From assembly GCA_964016885.1 (NCBI GenBank), contig OZ024746.1:62124001-62188000 (forward strand): DNA of 64,000 nucleotides, written 5' to 3'. This DNA comes from Eledone cirrhosa. Lineage: Eukaryota. This document shows, one piece after another, positions 40,827-55,981 of this stretch (the first letter of the stretch is position 1; each line of letters starts with the position of its first letter). Made by a program: the position numbers and the translations under genes. The notes beneath the pieces were generated by a model, which was given only the letters and a program-made list of their open reading frames with translations, made no database searches and was not told the DNA's origin.

Positions 40827-41562
40827 CCCTTTAGCATTTAAACCGGCTGTATCCGGCCAGTATTCGCTCACCTCTTTCTGTTCAAACTGGCTGTAACTGG
40901 CCACGCAAACTGATGTTAAGGTATTGTTCTCAAAATAAATAATTGTTTCTTCTTTTGGCACAAGGCCAGCAATTACCCAGTACATTACTGGTACTTTATT
41001 TTATCGACGCCGTAAGGATGAAAGGCAAAGTTAACCTCGGCGGGATTTGAACTCAGACCATAAAGGGAGGTAACTCTTTGCTGCATATCAAAATCTCATA
41101 GGTATGATATTATGTGAGATAATTATGTGGGGTAAAACCTCTTTCTGTTCAAACTAGCTGTAACTGGTCACTCATACTGATGTTAAGGTATTGTTCTCAA
41201 AATGAATAATATCAAAATCTCATAGGTATGACATTATGTGAGATAATTATGTGAGGTAAAACCTCTTTCTGTTTAAACTAGCTGTAACTGACCACTCATA
41301 CTGATGTTAAGGTATTGTTCTCAAAATGACTAATATCAAAATCTCATAGGTATGACATTATGTGAGATAATTATGTGGAGTAAAACCTCTTTCTGTTTAA
41401 ACTAGCTGTAACTGGCCACTCATACTGATGTTAAGGTATTGTTCTCAAAATGACTAATATCAAAATCTCATAGATATGATATTATGTGAGATAATTATGT
41501 GGGGTAAAACCTTTACTGTGAAAATATAATAGTAAATATATAGTAATGTAAATGCTAAAGGG
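40827..41562. mobile_element. piggyBac-like MITE with internal 124-bp tandem repeat and nested SINE (40943-41085)
   Basis: TTAA|ccctttagcattta...taaatgctaaaggg|TTCA; repeat phase 41138, 41262, 41386, 41510. Confidence 0.8.
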
Positions 41563-41589
41563 TTCACTCATTATCATATCCTTCCGTAA

Positions 41590-41862
41590 AAGTCTGTCTC
41601 GAGCTCAGAGGCTCATCAGACCGGTGCTTATCCCCAGTTTCCGTGGGGTGAAGCGGCTGAGAGTACAAGACTCACCCCTGGACAAGAAGCCAGTCATTCA
41701 CATGATTAAACCCCCAGATACTTTTTATACACGTTTTCAGCTGAGTATACTGGAGCAACGTGAAATGAAGTGTTTTGCTTAAGAACACAACACTCAACTC
41801 AGTCCAGGAATCGAACCCACGACATTATGATTGTAAGTCCAACACCCTTACCACTAGGCCAC
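41590..41862 (-). mobile_element. tRNA-derived SINE family B
   Basis: Minus head gtggcctagtggtaagg...gggttcgattcc; homologues at 60995-61264 and 62605-62725. Confidence 0.85.
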
Positions 41863-41987
41863 GACCCTCCACAACATCCTACTAACAAGGTCACGTGATC
41901 TGCTAGAAGTATAACAAGCATAACTTTGTGTGTGTGTGTGTGTGTGCGTCCGTGCGTGCGTGCGTGCGTGCGTGTGTGTGTGTGTGT

Positions 41988-42099
<112 letters not shown>

Positions 42100-42903
42100 A
42101 GGAAGTGCAGGTATGGGTTTTTGGTTAAGAATTTCGCTTCAACACCACGTGGTTTTAGGTTCGAGTGTATTGTACTACACCTAGGGCAAATGTTTTCAAC
42201 CGTAATCTTGTTGTGGGTGGAGTTAGGGAGACGGAAACTATGTGAACACCCGTAAAATATAAATATTATTAACGTCTGCTCGACAAAGTTGATCGCTACC
42301 TTAGGCTTCAAAGCCTGTCCCTGTATTAACCATAAAGTTTTGGCCGGAAATCCTTTGGTCATAGACCTACCCAATCAGAGCTGACATGGAGAATAAACAA
42401 CAATAACAACAACTTAATCAGAAAAACGCCTATGAAGGAGTCTCTATGTTGTTTGATCCGCTAGAAATAGCAACCAAATATTCCTCCAAAACAGAAGCTA
42501 CTGTCGTTAAATCAGAGACACGAGATAATGTAGCTCAGATTACTATATACATAGTGGAAACTAGATTGAATTGTAGCTTAAATACTTTTGATGGTGGGTT
42601 TACTTGATCAAGGTTTATCTGGAGCTAAACAACCACAACGACAATCACAAAACAACAAACCATATATACATCATCAACAACAACATCACAGCCAGTCAAC
42701 GATCCAACTAGGGAGTCTCTAAGTGATCATTCTTGATACAAGGAAGGATACATTGGGGAACATAGTCCTAGATAGACTGTGGTTGAATAAAAGATTGGAT
42801 GTTCATGACTAGAACGTATTTGATGGGAGCTCGATCAGAATTAACTTAGAATAAGCAACAAAAACATCATCACAAACATGCCAGATTCACCACTATCATC
42901 ACA

Positions 42904-43050
42904 GGTTAACTTTGCCTTTCATCCTTGCGGGGTCGATAAAATAAAGCACCAGTAACGTACTGGGGTCGATTTAATCGACTCCACACCACACCACACCCCC
43001 ACCCCACCCCCTCAAACAAATTTACTGGCCTTGTGCCTATACTAGAAATC
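42904..43050 (+). mobile_element. SINE family A (long-tail subfamily), 3' half
   Basis: Extra ggggtcgatttaatcgac segment. Confidence 0.85.
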
Positions 43051-43743
43051 ATTATTATTACCAAAAAAGAAAAAAAAATGATTATTACCACCGCTGAAAC
43101 CACAATAATAAAATCAAAACCTCAACTATAACCACCATTACCACATACAACAGAACCACACTAACAGAAGAGGAACCCAGCCAACACCTACAAAAAAAGA
43201 AAAAAATAGAAACACGATCACAGATACCACCACCACCACCACCACCACCACTGTCAACACAACAACAACAATAAAACCCGATATCAACACTACCACCAAT
43301 GTTGCGGTTGCCGACGAGATTATCACAACACCAATGCCACTTGATATGAAAACAAAAATAACACCTTAATGTGTGTGTTTAGAACTTTAACAAACACCAT
43401 TCAATAAAGAAAACAATAACAATGACAAACACAACAATTACAATAACAACAAATATAACAATAATCAACGTTACCGATAAATTGATGTCAGTATATTTAA
43501 TGGCGAGGACGGTTAAACAATAATGGCGGTGAATAAAGCAGCACAGCGTTTAGCAGACGATCGCACAAAACTTCATGTTTACATCTTTTTTTTTATTGTC
43601 TCCTGTTTAATTTTTCTTTGTTTACTTTTCATTTGTTGTTTTTGATCTTCTTTATCGGCTTTCAATGCCGATGGTGTATCGCGGGACTACAAGGAGCTAT
43701 ATGACAGAACAGACGAAATAGCTAAAGTATGCTATGTCCCTTG

Positions 43744-43832
<89 letters not shown>

Positions 43833-44041
43833 AAATGTTGATCAATTTTGTTGGGATTTTTTTTCGATATTTTTCACAATTTTATATTTACACATTAACA
43901 CTAGGCACTCCCGCACTCATATACAATAAACTATAACACAATAGCATTCATATATGCACACACACACACACACACACACATACACAGATACACATACACA
44001 CACAGACACACAGAAACACACACACACAAACACGCACACAA

Positions 44042-44085
<44 letters not shown>

Positions 44086-44202
44086 GTATATATAATTAAA
44101 GAATAAACGTGACAAACACAGATGCAAAAACAAAGTTGTATTAGGTTCACGCTTGATTCCTTTGTATGTGTGTATGTACATATATATATACATATATATA
44201 CA

Positions 44203-44242
<40 letters not shown>

Positions 44243-44867
44243 CTTGTATGTGTGTGTGTGGTTGTGTGTGTGTGTGTGCAAGTGACTCGGGTGTCTGCAA
44301 TCCGTACGGTCGTGTGTACAATGCTATGGCTGTAACTGCTCCATAGCCATTTTTAGCTATCTATTTCATTTTCTATATACCTCACACTCTATCACATTTC
44401 CACGCATAACTTATGCTTCTTATTGTTGACTAATTGTCCGACCACCCAAGCCTGAATTCTTTGCAGCCGAAACATTATATATAACAAATAAATGACGGAG
44501 GGTCTCCATGGTATGATTCTCCATATACGATAGAATATACTACCAAATGCCGTAGCTAACTAACTCGAAATGGTCATCAGAGGTTGATATGTTGCCATAA
44601 AAGCAAACAAGCAAGACAATCGCCATGTTTTTCTATATAACCGTAGTCTGTACAGCAGAACTGTCAAGAGAGTAGAAAAGATACAATTTAACGTAAGGTT
44701 TGTAAATAGGCTTTTAACCTATTCAATTGTGATTTCTTGTCAAAGAGGTTTTCACCAACATTATAGGGTTCTCTTATTGTTGACCCCTCCACCAGAATAA
44801 TTCTCTAGGAAATACTCCTGTAGCTGAACCCACTGAAATATCTACAATTAACAAGGAAGGAAGAAAC

Positions 44868-45296
44868 GCACCACCACCACGATTACCACCACTATCACCA
44901 CCACCACCATCTCCACCACCACCACCATGACCACCACCATCACTACGACTACCACCGCCATCACCACCCTCACCACCTGCACCACGACTACCACCACCAC
45001 CACCTCCACCACGACTACCACTACCTCGACCACCATCAACACCACCACCATCATCACCACCACCACCATCACCACTACCACCACCTCCACCACCACCACG
45101 ACTACCATCACCATCATCACCTCCACCACGATTACCACCATCCTCACCACCACGACTACCACCGCCATCACCACCACCTCCACACCACCTCCACACCACC
45201 ACCTCCATCACCACCACCTCCACACCACCTCCACCACCACCAGCTCCATCACCACCACCATCACCACTACCACCACCTCCATCACTTATCAACTAC
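44868..45296. repeat. (CAC)n-derived repeat
   Basis: Direct inspection. Confidence 0.95.
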
Positions 45297-45334
45297 CAAC
45301 TTTTCCTTCTGATACTCAACATTTATTACATTAA

Positions 45335-45463
45335 TTGTTTCTACTTTAGGCACAAGGCCAGCAATAACCCAGTGCATTACTGGTACTTTATTTTATCGAC
45401 CCCGTGAGGATGAAAGGCAAAGTCAACCTCGGCGGGATTTGAACTCAAGTCAACCTCGGCGGG
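45335..45463 (-). mobile_element. SINE family A, partial
   Basis: Body match, with a short internal duplication. Confidence 0.85.
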
Positions 45464-45540
45464 AACATTAATATATTTAGAAACACTCATATTTAAACAT
45501 ATTTATATATTAAACAGCTCAAAATCGACTTTGGTTCTCT

Positions 45541-45690
45541 GTAACCCAGTACAACCTGTCGCATGGTCCGGTCGTTGGCGACTAAACAAGCAACCCCACC
45601 AAGTTTACTTGGTGAGGAGGGTGATTTTGGACACCCTGTAGGACAAAAAACAAAACTTGACAAAAGGCGGAAGAAGAGTCCACGTCCATC
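45541..45690 (+). mobile_element. RTE-type LINE 5' UTR fragment
   Basis: Matches 2689-2850 and 62776-62900. Confidence 0.8.
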
Positions 45691-46289
45691 TAAAGAAAAA
45701 AAAAATCCTGCCAAATCAACGGGTGGCAGTAGTTCCAGCTGCGCGCATCGAAAGACTGGTGTAGTGGTTCTGAGAACAATGTGGCTTTGCAGATGATCAA
45801 TGCAAATTGACAATGGAAAGGCGCTCCTGCTCAAGTTAGAAGAGAACTATTGACCTTCAGGAGAAGCAGTGACTCCTGATTGTATTCAGCAACTGAAACA
45901 AATATGAAGTACACCAAATCCAATGCTCCTAGGGACGGTCCTGGTTCTTCTTATTTGCCAGTGAAAACTCGGCCAGATTAGATTAGATTTATTGTATATA
46001 AGCCAATAAATTATTAATAATTCTAGAAAATCTCTCAAAATTCTTTTTCAATTAATAGAAATAAAGTGAAATTAATTAGAAATATAATCACGAAAGGGTT
46101 AAACACACCCATTTCATTGAATGTTTCGAAAAGAGCCAAAGAAGACTTAGATTATTATATAACACAAGGATCTTAAATTCAAAGACTGAAAGGTCCATTA
46201 CGTCCTGGAGTTGAGGCACAGCGGGCTGAAAGTGAAATGAGGGATGGGAACGTGATTTCTACCAGTTATAATGTCAATCTACAATCGAG

Positions 46290-46600
46290 CTCCTCAGCAA
46301 GATCGGAGCATCGGCGGCCCATCTGAGGAGAAAGGAGCCCAACGGGTGTCACTGGCCATCGTCTCGGGGAATGCTTTTGCCGTCTTGTCTGCGGGGCGCA
46401 GTACTCCTGCCCCCTTGCCCTAGGCGCAAAGCCCAATCAACCTCCCCCTCACCCCCTCTCCGCTCTTCTGCGACACCAGAGCTCTCGCCATACCCTCCAT
46501 TTTCCGTTCTTTTTCTTCTTTCTTGCTCTTTTTTTCTATATTTCCCTATTCTTTCTTTCCTTTTGTTTTCCCTTTTTATTTTTTTTCTTACTAAATAAGG
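46290..46600 (+). pseudogene. 3' end of a CRE-like (RLE-endonuclease) non-LTR retrotransposon
   Basis: 46337-46423 reads AQRVSLAIVSGNAFAVLSAGRSTPAPLP*, resembling the QRxSxAxxxGNA C-terminal motif. Confidence 0.55.
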
Positions 46601-47607
46601 TTTGTTTTTTGTTTGCCTTTGAATAACTTCATTTATGTGTTATCCAAAAATGTAACAATTCATTTGTTGGGCTGATAATTATTTCACATGAAAATGACTA
46701 CACATAGATAACACGTGGGATATTTTAGTTTGTACAAAATGTAGGAGGATAAATTCTCCGTTTCAAATTTTCCTTGATTCCGTTTTTACTTTTGATAAAT
46801 TCCATGTTTTCCATTTTATTGTATTTCATGGGTAAATGACAATAAATAATATTATAAATATCTATATAAAAATTTAAGCGACTTCCGTCCGTCACGCAAT
46901 GTGTGTGTGTGTAAAAGGAAGGAAGGGGATGGTGAAAAATCTATAACAAAACAGCGGCTGACGTTTCATTTGCTTCGCTGTCAGTGAGTGTATGTTTATG
47001 TGTATGTTTGTGTAAATGTATGTGTGTATTTGTGTGAATGTATGTGCGTGTTCGTGTGAATGTATGTGTGTGTATTTGTGTGAATGTATGTGTTTATTTT
47101 TGTAAGAGTGTCTGCGTTTGCGCATTTATATTTATATACTCATACATATAAATGTATGCATATGCACATACACACACGTACGTACATGTACACATAGGTG
47201 TCAGCGTGTTTAAAAGAATTCTAGTTGTTAAAACAGGGAAAATAAAATAGTTGCAAGCTATAGAAAAGTAGTTTGCGGGCCACGTATTTGAAACCCCTGA
47301 TATAATACATAAGTGGTCTGTTCTGAATATTTTAACTATCACCAACACCAACACTAACACTACAACAACAGCACAAACATACTAGAAACATCAACTTCAC
47401 ACAATTTTTAAACATCCACCTGGGCTTGTTTTTCTTCCATGAATAAAGGTTAGCAAAACAGCTGTTAAGGAAGATGCCGCATCTTTCGAACCTAGAGGTT
47501 CTTTGTAACTAAAATACCTGTAAGCTGTTTCATATATCTCAAATTAACACTTAATTAACTGCTTATCATCAATAATTAATTATTCCTCTGAAATGGAATA
47601 GAATGAA

Positions 47608-47859
47608 ATGGACTTCCATCGGTTTCGCCGATGAGCGTTCCAATTGTTCATGGACCTCCATCGGTTTCGTCGATGAGCGTTCCAGTTGTTCATGGACCTC
47701 CATCGGTTTCGACAATGAACGATCCAGTTGTTAATGGACCTCCATCGGTCTCGACGATGAACGTTCCAGTTGTTCATGGACCTCCAACGGTTTCGACAAT
47801 GAACGATCCAGTTGTTAATGGACCTCCATTGGTTTCGACGATGAGCGTTCCAGTTGTTC
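47608..47859. repeat. 42-bp tandem repeat x6, probably an expanded SINE tail
   Basis: atggacctccatcggtttcgacgatgagcgttccagttgttc; continues into SINE-like sequence to ~48120. Confidence 0.9.
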
Positions 47860-48242
47860 GATCAACAGAACAGAACTGCATCCTCGTGAAATCAACGTGT
47901 ACGTGACTGAGCATTCCACAGACAGGAATGCTCAGTCACGTACACATGTGACATGGCTGACCATTTGAATTACAGATACAATTCATTCGTTGGGCTTCCA
48001 CACAGTTTCGGTCTATCTAATTTTACTCACAGCGTATATATTGATCCCAAGGCGCCACACAATGGAATCGAACCCTGAACCTAATGATTGCAATGTAAAC
48101 TTCTTTACTATTCAGCCATGTTATGTCCATTTATTGTTCTTCCACTTCATCGACTCAAATGTAGATCGAGAAAAAGCGATCTACTTCATAAGCCAATCGA
48201 ATCTGACAAAAAGAAGAAAAGAAGCAACATTTATATTTATTG

Positions 48243-48302
<60 letters not shown>

Positions 48303-48303
48303 G

Positions 48304-48372
<69 letters not shown>

Positions 48373-48400
48373 ATATATGTACGTATGCATATATATGTAT

Positions 48401-48556
<156 letters not shown>

Positions 48557-49274
48557 TGACGTGTGTGTATGTGTGCGCATGTGTACGAATATTTGCACTC
48601 AAATGTACACGCGCAGTCACACACCAAAGGCATACATGTGTATACAATTCCATACATAGTCATGTAAATAGCTCCAGACCATGTGTTTCACGGCAGTTCA
48701 TTCAATACAGCTTACAACATGTCTTTTATAAACATCTGCCACTGGGAACAATACAAACATTTTATCTTGCATCTTTACCATTCAAATTCCATTATTCTGT
48801 GTATTGAAACACCCTCATCTTTTGTGGATAAGAAGGTAAGATAAATTTCAATACCTTCAGGATTGGCTGGCGACCCGTTCAAAAGAGAAAAGAGTTTAAG
48901 TTCTCTGAACATTAAAGTTCCGCTATTATTTACATATTTTACTCTAAAGAGCTTCTTTATACTTTTATATCTTCATCTCTCGTCTCATAAACATATTCCT
49001 CCTTTCTTTCATCGCTCTCAACTTCTTTCTTATCCCACCCCACCAATTTCAAGCCTTTGCCTCTTTACTTTTCTACTTTGCTTTATCGACATCCTTCTTA
49101 AATACCTCATTTCTCTCAAGTACCTATTTTCTTCCTATTTTCTCCAACTCATCTTTCTTATGCTACCATCTTATGCTACCCATCACCCTCGTTTCCAACA
49201 CAAATTATGCTCACTCTCTATTCTTACGTCTTTACCTTTGACTAATATTGTTATCCCCCAACTTCCTCAGTCGT

Positions 49275-49498
49275 CATACATACATATATACCTACATACC
49301 TACCTACATACATACATACATACCTACCTACATACATACATACATACATACATACATACATACATACACACACATCACACATACATACATACATACATAC
49401 ATACATATCTACATACATACATATCTACATACATACATACATACATACATACACATATACATACATACATACACACACATCACACATACATACATACA

Positions 49499-49532
<34 letters not shown>

Positions 49533-50083
49533 CCTACATACCTACCTACATACCTACCTACATACATACATACATACATACATACATACATACATACATA
49601 CATACATACATGCATATCTACATACATACATATCTACATACATACATACATACATGCATATCTACATACATACATATCTACATACATACATACATACATA
49701 CATACATACATACACATATACATACATACATACACACACATCACACATACATACATACATACATACATACATGCATATCTACATACATACATACATACAT
49801 ACATACATACATACATACATACATACATACATACATACACACACATCACACATACATACATACATACATGCATATCTACATACATACATATCTACATACA
49901 TACATACATACATACATACACATATACATACATACATACATACACATATACATACATACATACACACACATCACACATACATACATACATACATACATAC
50001 ATGCATATCTACATACATACATATATACATACACACATACACACATACATACACACACACATACATACTTACATACACATACA
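49275..50083. repeat. (TACA)n microsatellite with higher-order subunits
   Basis: Direct inspection. Confidence 0.95.
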
Positions 50084-50259
50084 CGATTGAATAACAGATG
50101 CGGCCAATAATCATCAAAGGTTTTTATGTGGGTGTTAGATATAACAATCTGCTATGAAGTATTTTTGATCTATTTCATAAAGTTATTATTCTGCTGAGAT
50201 TGTCACCAGAATCTTCTCACAAAACCACTAACTTAAGAACTCCACCTCACATAAACCAA

Positions 50260-50530
50260 GTGAACCGGAAGACTTCTGAAACAACACTATCACAGTATCT
50301 ATTGATGAAACTTCAGTATTTTGATCATATCGTCAGGGCCCAAAATTTGACTATCCACATCATTGACGGAAGAATAGAAGGGAAAAGGGCCAGGAGACAG
50401 CAAGGAAGGAGATGGACAGATGATATTAAGGAATGGACAAGAAGGACATTGGCAAGAGACAGGAAAAGATGGAGAATGCTGATCCATAAGTTCATGACCT
50501 CCAGCCCTCAGATATGAGGAGGGGATGAGA
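50260..50530 (+). pseudogene. RTE/BovB-type LINE ORF C-terminal fragment
   Basis: KLQYFDHIVR...IIDGRIEGKRARRQQGRRWTDDIKEWT...ARDRKRWR. Confidence 0.8.
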
Positions 50531-51307
50531 GTGACCGAGCAATTGCTGAAGTTGTATTCGAACATTCAATCTATCAAATCGGGTACACTTCAAATCCCAA
50601 CATCTTAGCTTCACTGCCTTCCTTACATCAATGATCTAGCCGTATCTCCACCAACCATATATCTGCCTCTATGCTATTTCAAAAATAATATTACTTCCCT
50701 CCATATCTACTAGCTTCCTTCTTACACAACCACAACCACAACCTCTTCTCGTTGGATATATATAACAAAAAGTGAAGACTTGACAGAATAAAGAAACTAA
50801 AGAAAACAAACTTATAACAATCTAACTCAAAATATAGGCACATGTAACAAGGACAACGGGAAAATACAGACATATCTCATGTCATCAGCCAACAACTGGT
50901 GATCATCATGGTTTCAGTATATTAAAGTTGCTACCATTCCCTCAAATTTACCTCCTCTAATTAGAAACAAATCATACCTGGAGTTATTACAATCTCTAGA
51001 AATAACTATATACAGCGACCTTCACATTCTTTACAATAACAATACTCTACTAGACCTAATGCAGCTTTAGTAAATTGACCTTTAGTAAATTGCGAAAAAA
51101 TAATAGCACAGAGTAACATTTGAAAGTTTGAAAAGGCTAAAAGACACGAGACAGAAATAAGGTTATGGATGAGGTGTCAGCGTTTTATATGAAGAATTAG
51201 TGTGTTCATATCATGTCGCAAATATTGTACTGGACCTAAACCTCTGTGTAAACTACTAAACCAGCAATATATGTGTTTATTACGCAACGTTCGATTACAA
51301 AGTGACA

Positions 51308-51348
<41 letters not shown>

Positions 51349-51352
51349 ATGT

Positions 51353-51442
<90 letters not shown>

Positions 51443-51539
51443 ATTAAAAACAATTTAATACAAAAAATATATAGATTGAGAAGAAAGAATAGAATGTAAA
51501 ATAAGAAAATATAAAAATAAAACGGAAAAGGGGATAGCC

Positions 51540-52185
51540 CCTCACCCACTTGAGCAAGACACTTTATTTGACGTTCCACCATTTCACTCAGCTGTAGAAA
51601 TGAGTTGCAACGTCACTGGTGCCAAGCTGTATTAACTTTCGCCTTTCCTTTGGGCAACATCGGTGGTGTAGGGAGGGGAGACCGGTATACATGGGCGACT
51701 GTTAGTCTTCCTAAAAAAAAAAAACCTTGCTTAGGCTTGTGGCTCGGAAGGAAAACCTTTACCCTCTGTAGGATGCTGGCCTCTATGAAATATTTCCCTC
51801 TGAGCCTTATTCAGACCTACCAACCTCTAAAACCCTAACGGGAGTACCATGAAAAGATGCCCCAAAACGGGGAGAAATGAGGCAAAATAGGGGAGATTTT
51901 ACATAATTGTTTCTACTTTTGGCACAAGGCCAGCAATTACCCAGTGCATTACTGGTACTTTATTTTATCGACCCCGTAAGGATGAAAGGCAAAGTTAACC
52001 TCGACGGGATTTGAACTCAGTCCGTAAAGGGACGTAACTATGCTGCAAAGCATAACGTCCGACCCTCTACCGGGGAGATTTTACATAATGAAAGCTATAC
52101 CCATTGTCCCAAGAGAAGACATCTCTCACCCACCCCAAAGTGGGTGGGAGATCTCCCCGTCGGACGGGGAAAGTTGACAGCTCCG
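51540..52185 (+). mobile_element. SINE body fused to MITE family M, with nested SINE A (51908-52071, minus)
   Basis: 18-bp TSD ggggagattttacataat at 51890-51907 and 52072-52089. Confidence 0.8.
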
Positions 52186-52942
52186 CTTATTATCGATAAT
52201 ATTATCGATAATGAACCCTATTGTTTCAGGAAAGAGTGAGAGAGGGGAAGCTTATTATATCATTCATCATTTTTCTCCGGTGAAATAGCGAAGTGAAGTG
52301 AAATAGCTACACCTGAGATGGAAACTTTGTCAGAAACTCAGTTCATTGAAAGTTTACTTTTCTCATCAGTGATCATCAGTTCAACAAGCTATCAATAATT
52401 CATTTAAGAGCAGATATTGATTTTTATCAACTACGTTAAAAATGAATTTTTTTAAATTATTATTTTTAGTGTAACGAAATTGATTACTAATCATTCCAAT
52501 TTAAAAATAAAACCCATCTTTAATGAGTTCTTATATAGACATGAAAATTTGTTTTTTATATATCTCTGTGGTGGAGTAATAAGAAACGTTGTGGTTTTTA
52601 CACTTCTCTCAAGAGTCTTATCGGCGAAAATGAAGCGAATTAGCTTCAACCAGGACTAGAAGCCGGCTCGCCAGTTATAAGTATCATGAATGGGAGAGTT
52701 TACGTGGTCACTCGACCTGCTAAACATAGAAGTTAAATTCTCTCGAAACACTCTATTTTGAATACTACGCATATGGCTCTCTAGTATCTACTTCGGCTGA
52801 AACACATATTAACACCTTTCATAAGATAGAAAGGTCACGTTGGACAATGAGGTTTTTAGTCCTCTATTTTGAATACTACGCACATGGTTCTCTAGTATCT
52901 ACATCGGCTAGAAATTTGTGCAGTTGCTCTTTCATCGGCATG

Positions 52943-53136
52943 CAGACCGGTCAACACTTCCCGTCCGATGGGGAGATCCTCCACCACTTTGGAGTGGGCG
53001 AGATATGTCTTCTCTTGTGAAAATGGGTATAGCTTTCATTATCTAAAATCTCCCCATTTTGCCTCATTTCTCCCCGTTTTGGGACACTTTTTTTCATGGT
53101 ACTCCCCGTTTGGGTTTTTAGAGGTTGGCAGGTCTG
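52943..53136 (-). mobile_element. MITE family M, uninterrupted
   Basis: cagaccggtcaac...gttggcaggtctg. Confidence 0.8.
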
Positions 53137-53783
53137 AAAAGTTGACCTCAGCAAGATTTGGACTCATAGTGCTGAGAGTTGGAAAAGATACTGCAAAGCA
53201 TTCTAACTGACATTCTAACAACTCTGCCAGTCCGTCGCCTCTTTATACATCTAGAATACCATTATAAAATGTCCGCGGAAAAACTACAAAATTAACTAGT
53301 AAAAAAAAACAATGGAAACTAATAAAAAATATTTCAAAAGACGAACAAAACAAAAACTATAATTTTGATGGCCACAGGCTGATCTGGGCTAAGCAACAAT
53401 AACAACAACAATAGCAACACATTTGTGTAGCTAAAGAAATTAACTTTGAACGATAGTGAAACAACAATCTCACTTTTCTATTGGGAAGTAGAATTACGTC
53501 AACACTGGCTTCCGGTAACACGAAATTGATAGGAGAGCAAATATCAGAACGTCAATATTTTCGTCGAATTAATCTCACTGGCTTGTTGAGACGAATGAAC
53601 TCTTATTAGCAAACAATTAATGCTGTTGCCTTGAAGAACAATTAGGGAAATTTGTAAGAGAGCAAATGTCGAGAAGAATTTTAAGGTGATTAATATTAAT
53701 CTAGACTGGTTGGCCATCAGCTGTACTGACCTCACGAGAAAAGAAAGTAAAAAGGAAAGAGAGAGAGAGAGAGTAGAATAGAC

Positions 53784-53846
<63 letters not shown>

Positions 53847-53911
53847 TATTTATACATATATATATATTTATACATATATGTGTGAGTGTGTGTATATATA
53901 TATATTTATAT

Positions 53912-54015
<104 letters not shown>

Positions 54016-54123
54016 TTATACATATATGTGTGAGTGTGTGTATATATATATATTTATACATATATATATATATATTTATACATATATGTGTGAGTGTGTG
54101 TATATATATATATTTATATATAT

Positions 54124-54187
<64 letters not shown>

Positions 54188-54346
54188 TTATATATTCATA
54201 TATATTTATATATATTTATATATATTTATATATATTTATATATAAATATATATATTTATATAATTATCTATGTATATACATATATTTATATATACATGTA
54301 TATACATGTATATATATATGTGTGTGTGTGTGTAGGTGTATATATA

Positions 54347-54396
<50 letters not shown>

Positions 54397-54470
54397 AAAA
54401 TGTAACGGGAACAAAACAGAGAGGCAGTACGAACAAAGGTTTATTAGTTTCACGCTCTTGAGAGGGGGGG

Positions 54471-54560
<90 letters not shown>

Positions 54561-54788
54561 ATATATATATATATATATACATATATTGGGACTGGCATTT
54601 TGTATACAGCTTTCAGTCGGTGTTTAACCTCATAACATTTACTGAGTATGTATGTGTGTATGTATGTATGTTTGTATGCATATTTATATATATATATATA
54701 TGTGTATGTATAGAAATGTCTATATATATATATAGTTATGTATATAGTCATGTATATATATATGCATACATACATATACATAGGTATT

Positions 54789-54863
<75 letters not shown>

Positions 54864-55093
54864 ATTGACACGTGTGTCTACTGGGATTAGTGTACACGGT
54901 GATTATTAATCCTAATCTAGTAACGTCAGTTAGTGATGTTAGGTTTTGCAGCAGAAAATTGCTTCAAGTCGAATAGTTAATGGTTGAACACAAATAGTGG
55001 GTGGACTGACTATTGGAGGGGGCGGAGTTATAGAAGTAGAAAATGGGAGGAGTTTGCAAAGGAGGTGGAGTTGAACGTAGGAGGTACGGCTAG

Positions 55094-55118
55094 AGTCTAG
55101 AATAGCGTTATGTTGTGA

Positions 55119-55156
<38 letters not shown>

Positions 55157-55176
55157 TCACAACATAACGCTATTCT

Positions 55177-55214
<38 letters not shown>

Positions 55215-55234
55215 TCACAACATAACGCTATTCT

Positions 55235-55272
<38 letters not shown>

Positions 55273-55292
55273 TCACAACATAACGCTATTCT

Positions 55293-55330
<38 letters not shown>

Positions 55331-55350
55331 TCACAACATAACGCTATTCT

Positions 55351-55355
<5 letters not shown>
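55094..55355. repeat. Inverted then 58-bp-period tandem copies of an element end in (TA)n
   Basis: aatatattcacaacataacgctattctagac at 55150, 55208, 55266, 55324; reverse complement at 55095-55125; further copy ~55642. Confidence 0.9.
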
Positions 55356-55387
<32 letters not shown>

Positions 55388-55427
55388 AAATGAAAATCCG
55401 AAGGCAAGGTAAAATTCCAATCATTTA

Positions 55428-55502
55428 ATCACGAGACATGTTTCAATAAGAGATAGATCGATTGTGAAGCCATGATCGATTATCACTGATCTCATCGGGT
55501 GA
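55428..55502 (-). ncRNA. Degenerate hammerhead candidate
   Basis: Minus: tcac-CCGATGA-long stem II-GAAA-catg-TC-tcgtga; stem I register uncertain. Confidence 0.5.
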
Positions 55503-55572
55503 AAATGAATTGTCTTCAAATTCTTGATACGAGGGAGAAAAAATAACGATGTTCTCTCACAGAATTCATTCC

Positions 55573-55620
<48 letters not shown>

Positions 55621-55950
55621 AATTATATATATATAATTTGTAATATATTCACAACATAACGCTATTCTAGAATCTAGCCGTATATATACACATACTAGCC
55701 GTATATATACACATATATATATATATATATTGATATATACAATATACACATATATAATATATATACATATGAGTATATGCGTGGATCATTGCATGTAGAT
55801 ATGTGTGCATGCTATTGCGTGTGTGTGTGTGATTATATGTGTCCGTATATTTGTAAGCATGTATATACGTTTGTGTGTGCGTGTCTGTGACTGTAAGTGT
55901 GTGAGAAAGAAAACAAAATGAATAGGTGTAATTACACACACACGCACGTG

Positions 55951-55981
<31 letters not shown>

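Noticed and set aside
47608-47859. CRISPR or repeat-protein reading of the 42-bp array
   Set aside because: Contiguous tandem units without spacers, continuous with SINE-like sequence.
55150-55355. CRISPR-like 31-bp repeats with regular spacing
   Set aside because: Spacers are identical (TA)n, context is eukaryotic, no cas genes.
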